NCBI GenBank assembly: GCA_031459875.1
Contig: JAVKHQ010000002.1
Coordinates: 127,616 to 163,300 of the forward strand
Reading direction: 5' to 3'
Source: Candidatus Fervidifonticultor sextus
GTDB lineage: Bacteria; Sysuimicrobiota; Sysuimicrobiia; Sysuimicrobiales; Humicultoraceae
DNA: 35,685 bases
Under the pieces are notes generated by a model, which made no database searches, was not told the DNA's origin, and saw nothing but the letters and a program-made list of their open reading frames with translations. Shown in pieces: positions 1-9,709 of this stretch; position 1 is the stretch's first letter, and the number at the start of each line of letters is the position of its first letter. A program made the translations under genes and the position numbers.

Positions 1-28
1 GGGGTTCCGTGCCCAGGGCCAGTTCCAT
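1..28 (-). CDS. 5' end of a gene running off the window (MELALGTEP...)
   Basis: CAT at 26-28 with purine-rich GAGG/GAGGG just upstream on the minus strand, downstream of the aminopeptidase; only 9 codons visible. Confidence 0.4.
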
Positions 29-92
29 CCCTCTGCCTCCTCGTCTCGGATGCTCGACGCCAAAGGACCCGCGGGGTCCTCGCGCGGGCTGT

Positions 93-1157
93 CTACGTGG
101 CGGCCAGGGCCGGCGCGACCCAGCGCCCGGCAGCGATGACCGGCTGGCCGTCGAACCACACGTCCGGCCGCGGGAAGACGAAGTCCTGGTGGTAGTCGGC
201 CACCACGACCCCGCCCATGTGGCTGTTGTCGCCGACGGCCAGGTGCACCGTCCCCTTGATCTTCTCCGCCTCGACGGTGATGTCGGTCCGCCGGGCCTGC
301 GGGTTGGTCCCGATGCCCAACTCGCCCAGCATGCGCCGTGGCCGCGTGGCCTCGCTCCGCCCGGCCAGGTCCAGGATTTCGGCGATCTGGGCGCCAACCG
401 TGCCCCCGCCGTCCAGCGCCACCACCTCGCCGCGTTCGAGCCGGATCGTCATCGGCTCGGTCAACCTGGCGTGCCAGCCGGGTTCTACGACCAGGCGGCC
501 CTGCGCGGTGCCTTCCAGCGGCGCGCAGTAGGCCTCGCCGGCCGGCAGGTTGCCCCAGGCCCCCCGCGTCACATAGATGCCGTCGTCTGACCGGCCGTCG
601 CGGCCCTCGACGCTGAATGCCACGTCGGTGCCGGCGGGCGTGGTGACGCGCACGCGGCGCGCGGCAGTGATCAACCCGGCCATCGCGCGCGTGGCGGCGG
701 CCACGGCCTGGTAGTCCACCGCCATCGGACCGTCCGGGTAGAGCATCTCCGGGATGAAGCGCGGCATGCTGGCCACCCGGGCGCCGGCGCGGCAGGCCGC
801 CTCGCGCGCGTCGGTGTGGCTGAGGGAGAAGGACGTGATGATCAACACGACGTCTGAGGCCGCCATGGCCTCCGCGACCTGGTCGGGCGGCTCGACCGCG
901 CTGCGGCCCGTGGAGGGATACGCCAGGAACCGCACCGGGTGAGCCGGCAGGTGCTCGCGGGTCAGGTCGGCCACCAGCCGCGCCAGATACGCGCGCCGGA
1001 GCATCGCCTCCACGTCCTCGGGGGGCAGGCGGTCCCACTGCTCCGGCGTCGGCAAGTCGGTCACCACCAGGAGGCGCTCGCCGTCCCGGATCCCCATGTT
1101 CACCCTGAGCATGGACAGGACACCCGGGGTTATCGCCTCGCGGTCAATCCACGCCAT
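93..1157 (-). CDS. M29-family (aminopeptidase T / thermophilic metalloprotease-like) aminopeptidase
   Basis: Motifs GTDVAF, GNLPAGE, LGELGIGTNP, EAEKIKGTVHLAVGDN..MGG, YHQD; GGAGG RBS upstream. Confidence 0.85.
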   Translation of the reverse strand: MAWIDREAITPGVLSMLRVNMGIRDGERLLVVTDLPTPEQWDRLPPEDVEAMLRRAYLARLVADLTREHLPAHPVRFLAYPSTGRSAVEPPDQVAEAMAASDVVLIITSFSLSHTDAREAACRAGARVASMPRFIPEMLYPDGPMAVDYQAVAAATRAMAGLITAARRVRVTTPAGTDVAFSVEGRDGRSDDGIYVTRGAWGNLPAGEAYCAPLEGTAQGRLVVEPGWHARLTEPMTIRLERGEVVALDGGGTVGAQIAEILDLAGRSEATRPRRMLGELGIGTNPQARRTDITVEAEKIKGTVHLAVGDNSHMGGVVVADYHQDFVFPRPDVWFDGQPVIAAGRWVAPALAAT

Positions 1158-1299
1158 GCGCGTTCCTCCCGGCGGGGTGAGTCAGTGCCAATGAGCCTGC
1201 AACAATACAGTCTTCTCGGGGATCAACGCGCTCTCCTACCCCATCGGCAACTTGGCTGTGCTCACGATGGCTGTGTCGCCATGATCCCGCGGGCTAGTC

Positions 1300-2428
1300 T
1301 GTCCTGTTTGGACGTAGTGTTTGCACTTGAGGGTCTGGCCTTGGTGAAACCAGGAGGGCCATCGCCCAAGCTCCAACCGAGGTTTTGGTACCAGCAAGAC
1401 CTTGGGAAGGGGTGGGCAGATGACCCTCGAGGAGAGTGTACTGCGACACCGCCTCGCCGTCATCCAGCGGGCGGCCGCCCTGGGCAACGTCAGCCAGGCC
1501 TGCCGCGAGTTCGGGATCTCCCGGACGCTGTTTTACCGGTGGCGCAAGCGGTTCACCCGCTATGGGCAGGACGGCCTGCGCCCACGGCCCACGCGTCCGA
1601 CCCGGTGGCCCCGGCAGGCCACGCCGGCCCTGGAGCATGCGGTGGTGGCCTACGCGCTGCTCTGGCCGACTCATGGCCCCGCGCGCATCGCGGCCCAACT
1701 GCGCCAGCGCCGATGGGGTGGGTGGCAGGTGAGCACGTCCGGCGTCTACGGCATCCTCTGTCGGCGGGAGCTGCGCACGCGGTGGGAGCGCCTCACGCGG
1801 CTGGAGGCGCACAGCGCAGTCACGGTGGGGTTGCTCACGGAGCGGACGCGCCAGCGCTTGAGCCATCCGCACGTGGAGGCCCAGCAGCCTGGGGATCTGG
1901 TGTGCATCGACGCCTTCTACATCGGCAAGCTTAAGGGCGTGGGCAAGGTCTGGCAGCTCACGGCCTGCGACGCGGCCTGCTCCTACGCGATCGCGACCGT
2001 GGTCCCCCGGGTGACGGCGCAGACGGCCGTGCACTTCCTGCGCGTCCACGTGGTACCAGTCTACGAGCGGGCCGGCCATCGCATCCGAGCCGTGCTCACC
2101 GATGGCGGGCCGGAATTCCAGACGGTCTTCACGGCGGCGTGCATCGAGCTGGGCATCCAGCATCGACGGACCAAACCGCGCCACGCCTGGACGAATGGTT
2201 TCGTCGAGCGGTTGCAAGGGACGATCCTGGCCGAGTTGTGGCGGGTCGCCTTCCGGCGCACCTACTACACCACACTGGCCCAACTGGATCGGGATCTCCA
2301 AGCGTACCTGCGCTTCTACAATCGGGAGCGGCCTCATCTGGGCTACCGTCTCAGAGGTCGCACTCCGGCGATGCTGTTCAAGACTCGGTTGGGGTCTCAA
2401 AGTGCAAACACCTAGTCCAAACTTGACA
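1300..2428 (+). mobile_element. IS481-family insertion sequence, complete
   Basis: TGT...ACA ends; imperfect terminal inverted repeats TGTCCTGTTTGGACGTAGTGTTTGCACTT (left) vs TGTCAAGTTTGGACTAGGTGTTTGCACTT (reverse complement of right end); single transposase ORF. Confidence 0.92.
1420..2415 (+). CDS. IS481-family DDE transposase (HTH plus rve integrase core)
   Basis: N-terminal HTH (NVSQACREFGISRTLFYRW); DDE region LVCIDAF, VLTDGGPEF, TNGFVERLQ; YNRERPH; ATG at 1420 after a purine-rich RBS. Confidence 0.95.
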   Translation: MTLEESVLRHRLAVIQRAAALGNVSQACREFGISRTLFYRWRKRFTRYGQDGLRPRPTRPTRWPRQATPALEHAVVAYALLWPTHGPARIAAQLRQRRWGGWQVSTSGVYGILCRRELRTRWERLTRLEAHSAVTVGLLTERTRQRLSHPHVEAQQPGDLVCIDAFYIGKLKGVGKVWQLTACDAACSYAIATVVPRVTAQTAVHFLRVHVVPVYERAGHRIRAVLTDGGPEFQTVFTAACIELGIQHRRTKPRHAWTNGFVERLQGTILAELWRVAFRRTYYTTLAQLDRDLQAYLRFYNRERPHLGYRLRGRTPAMLFKTRLGSQSANT

Positions 2429-3107
2429 GGCAGTCCAGCAGTTCCGCCACGGCTCGGGCCACGATGCTGCGCGCGGTGACCACGGAGACGCCAGTAAGCT
2501 CCCTTACCTCCTCGCGCATCGCAGCGGTGTGACCAATGCACTCCAGCAGGATGAGATCACATCGTCCTCCCATCCAGCGCCAGAGACGCAGAGCGGCGTC
2601 ATGGAACTCGTCGGCCCCCCCATAGGGAGAAGCACCGACGACCGTGCATTCCGGGCCCACGCCAGCCCATTCCCTGGCCTGTTGACGCTCCTGGCGTGGA
2701 TCGGCCGTCAGGATCCCCAGGCGCCCACGCGGGAGAACGCCGCGCACGAAGGCCTTGACCACACCACCGGTGTCGAGGAGCAGGCGACGATGCCGCAACG
2801 ATGGGAGCCTGCCCGCGCAAAGAGGGACCAACACATCAGCGCCGCGCGCCTCCAGCTCATCCACGCACTGCTGCAGGAACGGGAGGAGCTTCTGTTGTCC
2901 CAGCGTCACAGGTTCCCCGGTCCGCAGGCGCGAGACGAAGAGATCTTCTCCCGGGTCGGGAAGCAGGCTGCCGAGTTCCATCGGACCCAGGTGGTCCAGG
3001 GCGCCTCGTTCGAGCACGCCGTGTCCCCTCCCCCAGATCCTGCACATCTCCGGCACCACGTCGGGGCGAGGAGATTGGCCTATGGTGAAGACACCGATCG
3101 TCGCCAT
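2412..3107 (-). CDS. AroM-family protein
   Basis: TIGQSPRPDV, LFVSRLRTG, LCAG, ASPY, LLECIGH motifs; ATG at 3107 with GGGAGGG RBS; last codons supplied by the IS end. Confidence 0.85.
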   Translation of the reverse strand: MATIGVFTIGQSPRPDVVPEMCRIWGRGHGVLERGALDHLGPMELGSLLPDPGEDLFVSRLRTGEPVTLGQQKLLPFLQQCVDELEARGADVLVPLCAGRLPSLRHRRLLLDTGGVVKAFVRGVLPRGRLGILTADPRQERQQAREWAGVGPECTVVGASPYGGADEFHDAALRLWRWMGGRCDLILLECIGHTAAMREEVRELTGVSVVTARSIVARAVAELLDCLSSLD

Positions 3108-3144
3108 GTTCCCTCCCGCATAGAGACGGCGTCGGATGGGCCCT

Positions 3145-4137
3145 TCATGCCTCCGGTCTCGTCCAAACGATCTTTCCCTCAATACTGCGCCAGCATGCCA
3201 CTTGACGGTCGGGACCCACGGGTTGAAGGGCCTGGGGCTCCTCATGGCAGCGTTGGACGGCCCAGGGGCAACGGGGAGAGAACGGACATCCTGCCGGCCG
3301 TGCCAAAGGGGAGGCCGGCTCACCACGAGGGATGATGCGGTGCCGCTGCTCCCACGGCGTGTTTGCCGGCACGGCCGACAACAGTGTACGCGTGTAGGGG
3401 TGTTTGGGATCGTCAAACAGCGCCCGTGTGGGTCCTTCTTCGACAACACGTCCGAGGTACAGCACCACGACCCGCCGGGCCATGTAGCTCACCACCGACA
3501 GGTCGTGCGAGATGAAGAGGTAACTGAGCCCGAGCCGGCGCTGTAGCGCCCGCAGCAGGTTCAGTAGCTGGGCCTGCACAGACACGTCGAGGGCCGAAGT
3601 GGGCTCATCGAGGACGACAAACTGCGGGTTCGAGGCGAGTGCGCGGGCGATTGCCACGCGTTGCTGCTGGCCGCCGGAGAGTTGGTGAGGATACCGAGCC
3701 ACGTGCTCCTCCGAGAGCCCCACCAGCTCAAACAGTTCAATGACACGCCGACGGGCGGCCACACCGCGGGCCAGACCGTGAAGCAGGATCGGCTCCAGGA
3801 CCGCCGTCCCCACGGTCATCCGGGGATTGAGGGAATCGGCCGGATCCTGAAACACCATCTGCAGATGGCGACGGAGGGGACGGAGGCTGCTGTCTGGCAG
3901 TCCCGTGATGTCGATCCCGCGATATTTCACGACACCTTCGGAAGGCTCCTCGAGGCGCAGCAGACACCGCCCCAGGGTTGACTTCCCGCTCCCGCTTTCG
4001 CCGACAACGCCCAGGGTCTCGCCCGACGACACCGTGAACGAAACCCCGTCGACGGCCCGCAGGATGTGGCGCCGGAGGAGGCCGCCAGAAACGATGTAAT
4101 GCTTGCTGAGCCCGCTCACCTCAAGGAGGGCGTCCAC
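3145..4137 (-). CDS. Oligopeptide/dipeptide ABC transporter ATP-binding subunit (OppF/DppF-like)
   Basis: [32 protein letters not shown]-terminal [11 protein letters not shown] start after AGGAGGT. Confidence 0.93.
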   Translation of the reverse strand: MDALLEVSGLSKHYIVSGGLLRRHILRAVDGVSFTVSSGETLGVVGESGSGKSTLGRCLLRLEEPSEGVVKYRGIDITGLPDSSLRPLRRHLQMVFQDPADSLNPRMTVGTAVLEPILLHGLARGVAARRRVIELFELVGLSEEHVARYPHQLSGGQQQRVAIARALASNPQFVVLDEPTSALDVSVQAQLLNLLRALQRRLGLSYLFISHDLSVVSYMARRVVVLYLGRVVEEGPTRALFDDPKHPYTRTLLSAVPANTPWEQRHRIIPRGEPASPLARPAGCPFSPRCPWAVQRCHEEPQALQPVGPDRQVACWRSIEGKIVWTRPEA

Positions 4138-5108
4138 GCTGGCACCTCCTCTGGAAAGAAGCATCGCACCTCGTGCCCTGGCAACCGCTCCTCCAGACTC
4201 GGATGCTCCAGCCGGCAGCGGGGCCGGGCGCGGTGACAGCGCGGATGGAAGGGGCAACCGGAAGGACGTGTGAGCAAGTCCGGGACCACGCCCGGGATGA
4301 CCGGCAGGTCGTCCTCCAGGCTAATCGCCGGCCGGCACGCCAGCAGCCGCGCCGCATAGGGATGGAACGGGGCCCTGAAGAACTGCTCGGCCGGCGCGAA
4401 TTCGACCAGCTCCCCGGCATACATCACGGCGACCCACTGGCAGAGTTCAGCGACCACACCCAGGTTGTGAGTGATCACGACCAGCGTGAGCCCCAGCTCC
4501 TCCCGCAGTTGACGCAGCAGCCGCAGGATCTGCAGTTGCACCGTGACATCCAGCGCCGTCGTCGCCTCATCGGCAATCAGCAACTTCGGGCTGCACGCCA
4601 GACACAACGCGATCATCACACGCTGGCACATCCCTCCCGAGAGTTCGTGCGGATAGGCCCGGAGGAGTCGGTCGACGTCCGGGAGCTCCACCTGGCGCAG
4701 GAGGTGCCGCGCGCGGGTCAGTGCGGCGTGGCCGTCCAGCCCCAGGTGCTGGCGCAGCACGAGCCGGATCTGAGTTTCGACCGTCAGCACCGGATTGAGG
4801 GACTCACGCGGCTGCTGGAAGATCATGGCGATCTGCCTGCCGCGGACCCGCTCCATCTGCTGTTCGGACAGTCGGAGCAGGTCGGTCCCCTGGAACAGGA
4901 TCCGGCCTGAGAGGATCCGGCCCGGTGGGCGGATCAGCCGCATGATCGATAGCGCCGTCACCGTCTTGCCGGACCCGCTCTCGCCCACAATCCCTACGAC
5001 CTGACCCCGCGGCACGTTGAGCGAGAGCCCGCGCAGCACATGCACGATCCCGTTTCGCGTCTGGAAGCAGGTGTGCAGGTCCTCGATCTGCAGCAGATAC
5101 TCGGTCAT
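4116..5108 (-). CDS. Oligopeptide/dipeptide ABC transporter ATP-binding subunit (OppD/DppD-like)
   Basis: [35 protein letters not shown]; start overlaps upstream stop (ATGA). Confidence 0.93.
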   Translation of the reverse strand: MTEYLLQIEDLHTCFQTRNGIVHVLRGLSLNVPRGQVVGIVGESGSGKTVTALSIMRLIRPPGRILSGRILFQGTDLLRLSEQQMERVRGRQIAMIFQQPRESLNPVLTVETQIRLVLRQHLGLDGHAALTRARHLLRQVELPDVDRLLRAYPHELSGGMCQRVMIALCLACSPKLLIADEATTALDVTVQLQILRLLRQLREELGLTLVVITHNLGVVAELCQWVAVMYAGELVEFAPAEQFFRAPFHPYAARLLACRPAISLEDDLPVIPGVVPDLLTRPSGCPFHPRCHRARPRCRLEHPSLEERLPGHEVRCFFPEEVPAWTPSLR

Positions 5109-5944
5109 CGGCGCCTTGGATCCAGCACGTCCTGCAGCCCGTCCCCCACGAGGTTGAACGCGATGACCGCGACCATGATGGCCAGGCCAGGGAAGAAGGA
5201 CACCCACCAGTGCCCGGACGTGAGCTGGGGGACGCCCATGCTGATCATGACCCCCCACTCGGGTGTCGGAACCCGGACGCCCAGCCCGATGAAGCTCAAG
5301 CCCGCCGCCTGCAGAATCGCCCACCCCGACTGCAATGTCGCCTGAACAAAGACCGGTGCCAGACAGTTGGGGAGCAGATGGACGAACAGCACGCGCCAGG
5401 GCGGATTCCCCACGCTGGCCGCGGCCAGGGCAAACCCGCTGACCCGCAGCGAGAGCAGCCGGCTGCGCACCAGCCGCGCGTAGATGGGCAGGTTGGTCAA
5501 CCCGATGGCAATGATGAGGTTAGGCAGGCTTGGTCCCAGCGCGGCTGCGATGCCCAGGGCCAGGATGAAATTAGGGAACGCCTGCAGCATGTCCATCAGC
5601 CTCATGATGCCATCATCCAGCCATCCGCTCGCATAGCCAGCGACGGCCCCCAGGAATCCGCCCAGCACCATCGCCAGACCCACCGCGCCAGCCGCCACCA
5701 TGAGATCGATGCGGGCGCCATGCAGGACGCGCGAGAAGATGTCGTGCCCGAAGGTATCTGTCCCAAACAGATGGCCTGGGCCGGGCGGCCGCAGCGACCT
5801 GGCGGGGTTGGTGGCATAGGGATCCTGCGGCGCCAGGAGGGGTGCCAGCAGCGCAACGAGCATCAGGCCTGCCAGCAAGACCAAGCCCACGATGGTGATG
5901 GGATTCCTGCGCAGCCCGTAGCCCAGGTCAGCCAGGCGCACCAC
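5105..5944 (-). CDS. Peptide ABC transporter permease (OppC/DppC-like)
   Basis: HLFGTDTFGHDIFSR, LSFIGLG...PEWG motifs, hydrophobic segments. Confidence 0.93.
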   Translation of the reverse strand: MVRLADLGYGLRRNPITIVGLVLLAGLMLVALLAPLLAPQDPYATNPARSLRPPGPGHLFGTDTFGHDIFSRVLHGARIDLMVAAGAVGLAMVLGGFLGAVAGYASGWLDDGIMRLMDMLQAFPNFILALGIAAALGPSLPNLIIAIGLTNLPIYARLVRSRLLSLRVSGFALAAASVGNPPWRVLFVHLLPNCLAPVFVQATLQSGWAILQAAGLSFIGLGVRVPTPEWGVMISMGVPQLTSGHWWVSFFPGLAIMVAVIAFNLVGDGLQDVLDPRRR

Positions 5945-5950
5945 GGCTCT

Positions 5951-6967
5951 CTACCCGTGTCGGACCCGCGGATCCAGAAGGGCGTAGAGCAGGTCAACGA
6001 GGAGGAAGATCAGGATATAGATCGTGGTGGCGTACAGGATGAAGCCCTGAATCGCTGGATAGTCTGCATTCGCGGCGGCATTGAAGGCATACTGCCCCAG
6101 CCCGGGCCAGGCAAAGATCGCCTCGATCAGCACCACGCCGCCCAACTGGTAGCCGAAGACGACGGCGATCATGGTCACCACCGGCAGGAGCGAGTTCTTC
6201 AAAGCGTGACGCAGCACCACCACACGGGCGGGCAGGCCCAGGGCCTGCGCCGCCCGCACGTACGGCGCGTCCAGCGCCTCGATCATCCCCGACCGAGCCA
6301 TCCGGGCCAGCGGCGCCATGGCGGCGAAGCCGAGGACGAAGGCCGGGAGGGCGAGCAGACGCAGCCCGCTCCAGAGAGCCGTCGGGTTTCTCGTGAGCAC
6401 CGCGTCGAGGGTGACCAGCCCTGTAATGGCCGTCGGAGCGGACACCCCGAGCTCCAGCCGGCCGATTGGCGGGGGGGCGACCCCGAGCCTGAAGAAGAAG
6501 ACGTAGATGAGGACCAGCCCAAACCAGAACACGGGCATGGAGACTCCCAGCACCGAGACAATCCGACCCAGGTGGTCGATCCAACTATCCTTCCACACCG
6601 CCGAAGCAACGCCCAGCGGCACCGCCACGACCACCGCAAAGGTCATCGCATAGAGGGTCAACTCCAGTGTGGCCGGAAAGCGCTGTCGGAGGTCCTGCAG
6701 GACCGGCCGGCTTGTCAGAAAGGACGTCCCCAGATCGCCGCGGATCAGACCGCGCAGGTAGCGGGCAAACTGCACGTAGTAGGGCTGGTCAAATCCATAC
6801 TCGCGCATGATCTCCGCGCGGCGCTCGTCCGAGACGAAAAACCCCACCATCCGATCCACCGGGTTGCCCGGGATGATCCGCGTCAGAAAGAAGGTGATAA
6901 ACAATACCCCCAGCAGCGCCGGCCCAATCAACAGCAGGCGCCGCAGGAGGTACCGTCCAAACCGCAT
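5951..6967 (-). CDS. Peptide ABC transporter permease (OppB/DppB-like)
   Basis: IPGNP, GDLGTSF, FPATLEL, RHALKNSLLP, IEAIFAWPGLG, LDPRVR. Confidence 0.94.
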   Translation of the reverse strand: MRFGRYLLRRLLLIGPALLGVLFITFFLTRIIPGNPVDRMVGFFVSDERRAEIMREYGFDQPYYVQFARYLRGLIRGDLGTSFLTSRPVLQDLRQRFPATLELTLYAMTFAVVVAVPLGVASAVWKDSWIDHLGRIVSVLGVSMPVFWFGLVLIYVFFFRLGVAPPPIGRLELGVSAPTAITGLVTLDAVLTRNPTALWSGLRLLALPAFVLGFAAMAPLARMARSGMIEALDAPYVRAAQALGLPARVVVLRHALKNSLLPVVTMIAVVFGYQLGGVVLIEAIFAWPGLGQYAFNAAANADYPAIQGFILYATTIYILIFLLVDLLYALLDPRVRHG

Positions 6968-6970
6968 GCC

Positions 6971-8578
6971 TTACTCCTTATAGACGCTGTACCACCGATT
7001 GTACCGGTCGGGATAATAGATATAGCCCTTGACATGCTTGCGCATGGCGATGGTGTAGTCCGGCTGGTACAGGAAGGCCCAGGGCGCCTCTTCCATGATG
7101 AGGCGCTGCGCCCGCCGGCTGGCGTCGTTGCGGGCAATGGTGTTCGTATTCAACATCATAGTGCCGATCAATTCGGTGACCTCGGGATTTGTCCAGTTCC
7201 CGTAGTTGCAGCACCCCTGCCGGAACAGCCAGAAGTAGTGATAGAAGGGATCGTTGTTGATCGAGAGCCACTCATGGATGAAGAGACCCGGAAACTCGTG
7301 CCGGCGAAGGCGCTCAGTGTACCCTGCCAGGGGCAGCTTGTCGATCTCGACCTCCACGCCGATGCCACGTAGCGCCGACTGCACCCAGACGGCGATCTGC
7401 TCGTCCACCGGGAACCCCGCTCGCACGGTAAGCCGGGTCCGAAAGCCGCTGCTCAAGCCTGCCTCGGCCAGCAATGACCTGGCCCGGGTCGGGTTGGTCC
7501 CGTACATGAAGACGGACTCGTCGTGGGAAGCCATGCCCTTGGGAACAGGGCTACGCAGCGGCAGACCGTATCCCCTGACGGCCTCCTTGAGAATGGTGTC
7601 GTAGGGGACGGCATAGGCAATCGCCTGACGGACCTTCACATTGTCAAAGGGCCGCATGTTGACGTTCATGCCCAGGTACTTCACGATCGTCGTCGGGAAC
7701 CTGCGCACGGCCACATTGGGGTCGTTGCGCAGCGTTTCGAGATCCTCCAGGGCCAGATCGTAGGCGACATCCACCGCGCCACGCCGCAGCAAGAGGGCCC
7801 TGGTCGAAGGATCGGGAATGATCCTGAAGACGATCCGCCGCAACCTGGCCGGACCTGCCCAGTAGTGCTCGTTGCGGGCGAGGACGATCTCCGAGCCGGG
7901 AGTCCAGCGCTCCAGCAGAAAGGCACCTGCGCCGACGGCGTTGGTCTTCATCCATCCAGTCGCCCAGGGGTCCTGGGTAGTAGCGCGTGCCTTCACCTGC
8001 GCGGCGTTGACAATGGCGTGACCGAACTGGGCCATGTTGCCAAAGAGGAGCGGGTTCGGCCGAGCCATCCGGATCTCCACAGTCCCGGGATCCAGCACCT
8101 TGACGTGGCTGGCATCGTTCACCGTGGCCATGCGCATCAGCGCCGCAGTGACCGCGTTGACGCCAAAAATCCGGTCGTAGCTGTACTTCACGTCCTCAGC
8201 GGTGACCGGTGTACCGTCCGAGAACTTGGCGTTTTCCCGCAAGCGAAACGTGGCCCGACCATCAGCGGACACCGTGAACGATTTGGCGATCTCGCCCGAG
8301 AATCGGTTGAGATCACCGATCAATTCGCCCGACTCCGTCCTCCTGACACCGAAGTCGATGAGGAAGTCGTAGAGGTTGGAGATGATCTCATGCTGGAACG
8401 GCGCGCCCGAGGTGACGGGCGGGTCGATGGTTTCGATATCGCCTCCAACCGCGACGACCAGTGTGTCCTTGACCGCCTGCGCCCAGCTGGCAGGCTGGAC
8501 GCCGCCAAGCAGACCTGCGACGAGGACAAGGGCGACCGTCTCTCGAAAGCGTCCGGGCTGCCGGTGCTGACTCTCCAT
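6971..8578 (-). CDS. Family 5 ABC substrate-binding protein (first cassette)
   Basis: Signal-peptide-like N-terminus, FRLRENAKFSDGTPVTAEDVKYS, GAGAF, PFDNVKVRQAIAYA; ATG at 8578 after AAGGAGG. Confidence 0.93.
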   Translation of the reverse strand: MESQHRQPGRFRETVALVLVAGLLGGVQPASWAQAVKDTLVVAVGGDIETIDPPVTSGAPFQHEIISNLYDFLIDFGVRRTESGELIGDLNRFSGEIAKSFTVSADGRATFRLRENAKFSDGTPVTAEDVKYSYDRIFGVNAVTAALMRMATVNDASHVKVLDPGTVEIRMARPNPLLFGNMAQFGHAIVNAAQVKARATTQDPWATGWMKTNAVGAGAFLLERWTPGSEIVLARNEHYWAGPARLRRIVFRIIPDPSTRALLLRRGAVDVAYDLALEDLETLRNDPNVAVRRFPTTIVKYLGMNVNMRPFDNVKVRQAIAYAVPYDTILKEAVRGYGLPLRSPVPKGMASHDESVFMYGTNPTRARSLLAEAGLSSGFRTRLTVRAGFPVDEQIAVWVQSALRGIGVEVEIDKLPLAGYTERLRRHEFPGLFIHEWLSINNDPFYHYFWLFRQGCCNYGNWTNPEVTELIGTMMLNTNTIARNDASRRAQRLIMEEAPWAFLYQPDYTIAMRKHVKGYIYYPDRYNRWYSVYKE

Positions 8579-8675
8579 ATGGCGTCCTCCTTTTTCTGTC
8601 GTCTCGCCTGAACTCACCCGCTGTCCTGGCAGCACACTTTGTCGAGTTCGTCTCTTTCCATTATTGCCACGCCTG

Positions 8676-9707
8676 CTATCCTTCTCTTGTTGAGACCCGC
8701 ATCCGCCCGGGCAGTCCCGGGGCGCCGAACGCCCGGTCGTACAGAATGCACCGCGCGTGGTGGTCCGGTCCCACCCGCAGCAGATCGGGGACCACCCGGT
8801 CGCAGGCGTCCAGGCGCGCGTAGCACCGGGGGTGGAAGGCGCACCCGGGGGGAACCCGAGCGGCGCTGGGGACCTCCCCGCCCAGGGTGATCTTCTCGGG
8901 GATCAGCGCAGCCTCCTCATCGGAGACCGTGGGAATCGCCGAGAGCAGGGCCCGCGTATATGGATGCGCCGGACGGGCGAACAGTTCCTCGGTGGGCGCC
9001 ACCTCCACGATCTTCCCCAGGTACATCACGGCGATGGCATCCGCCACATTGCGGACCAGGCTGAGGTCGTGCGAGATCATCAGGTAGGTCAGGTCGAGTT
9101 CACGCTGCAGGCGTCGCAGCAGCGCGATGATCTTGGCCTGCACCGAGACGTCCAGCGCCGAGGTGGGTTCGTCGAGCACGATGAAGCGCGGCGCCAGGGC
9201 CAGCGCCCGCGCGATCGCCACCCGCTGGCGCTGCCCGCCCGACAGCGCGTGGGGGTAGCGAAACAGGAAGTCGCGCGGGGGGAGTTCGACCCGTTCGAGC
9301 AGCTCATGCACGCGCCGCCACCGCTCCAGCGGCGTGCCGAGGCGGTGGACCACCAGAGGTTCCTCGATGATCTCCCTGACGCGGCGGCGGGGGTTGAGGG
9401 ACGACGCGGGGTTCTGGAAGACGATCTGTATCTGCCGCCGGATCGGCCGCAGTGCCGCTTCGTCGAGGGCGGTGATGTCGCGCCCGTCGAAGACGATCCG
9501 TCCCGCGGTCGGCCGCAGCAGCCGGACGATGATCTTGCCCAGGGTCGTCTTGCCCGAGCCCGTCTCCCCCACCAGCGCCACCGTGGCGCCCTTGGGAATC
9601 GCCAGGCTGACCCCGTCCACCGCCCGGACCTCCCCGACCCGGCGGCGCAGCAACCCGCGGGTGATGGGGAAGTGCTTGACGACGGAGTCGGCTTCGACCA
9701 GGACCAC
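8676..9707 (-). CDS. Peptide ABC transporter ATP-binding subunit (OppF-like), second cassette
   Basis: [38 protein letters not shown] start inferred. Confidence 0.92.
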   Translation of the reverse strand: MVLVEADSVVKHFPITRGLLRRRVGEVRAVDGVSLAIPKGATVALVGETGSGKTTLGKIIVRLLRPTAGRIVFDGRDITALDEAALRPIRRQIQIVFQNPASSLNPRRRVREIIEEPLVVHRLGTPLERWRRVHELLERVELPPRDFLFRYPHALSGGQRQRVAIARALALAPRFIVLDEPTSALDVSVQAKIIALLRRLQRELDLTYLMISHDLSLVRNVADAIAVMYLGKIVEVAPTEELFARPAHPYTRALLSAIPTVSDEEAALIPEKITLGGEVPSAARVPPGCAFHPRCYARLDACDRVVPDLLRVGPDHHARCILYDRAFGAPGLPGRMRVSTREG

Positions 9708-9709
9708 GC

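Noticed and set aside
1158..1299. Sigma54 promoter or riboswitch upstream of the aminopeptidase
   Set aside because: TTGGCAC lacks a correctly spaced TTGC, and the short hairpins match no motif I recognise
5210..7372. Long antisense or alternate-frame ORFs (e.g. 720 aa here, 618 aa at 12479-14335, 844 aa at 27002-29536)
   Set aside because: Shadow ORFs expected in high-GC DNA; they overlap genes with clear family motifs and have none of their own
8607..8618. 12-mer CCTGAACTCACC shared with intergenic 31581-31592
   Set aside because: 12-mer matches are expected by chance in a 35-kb window; no dyad symmetry or functional link
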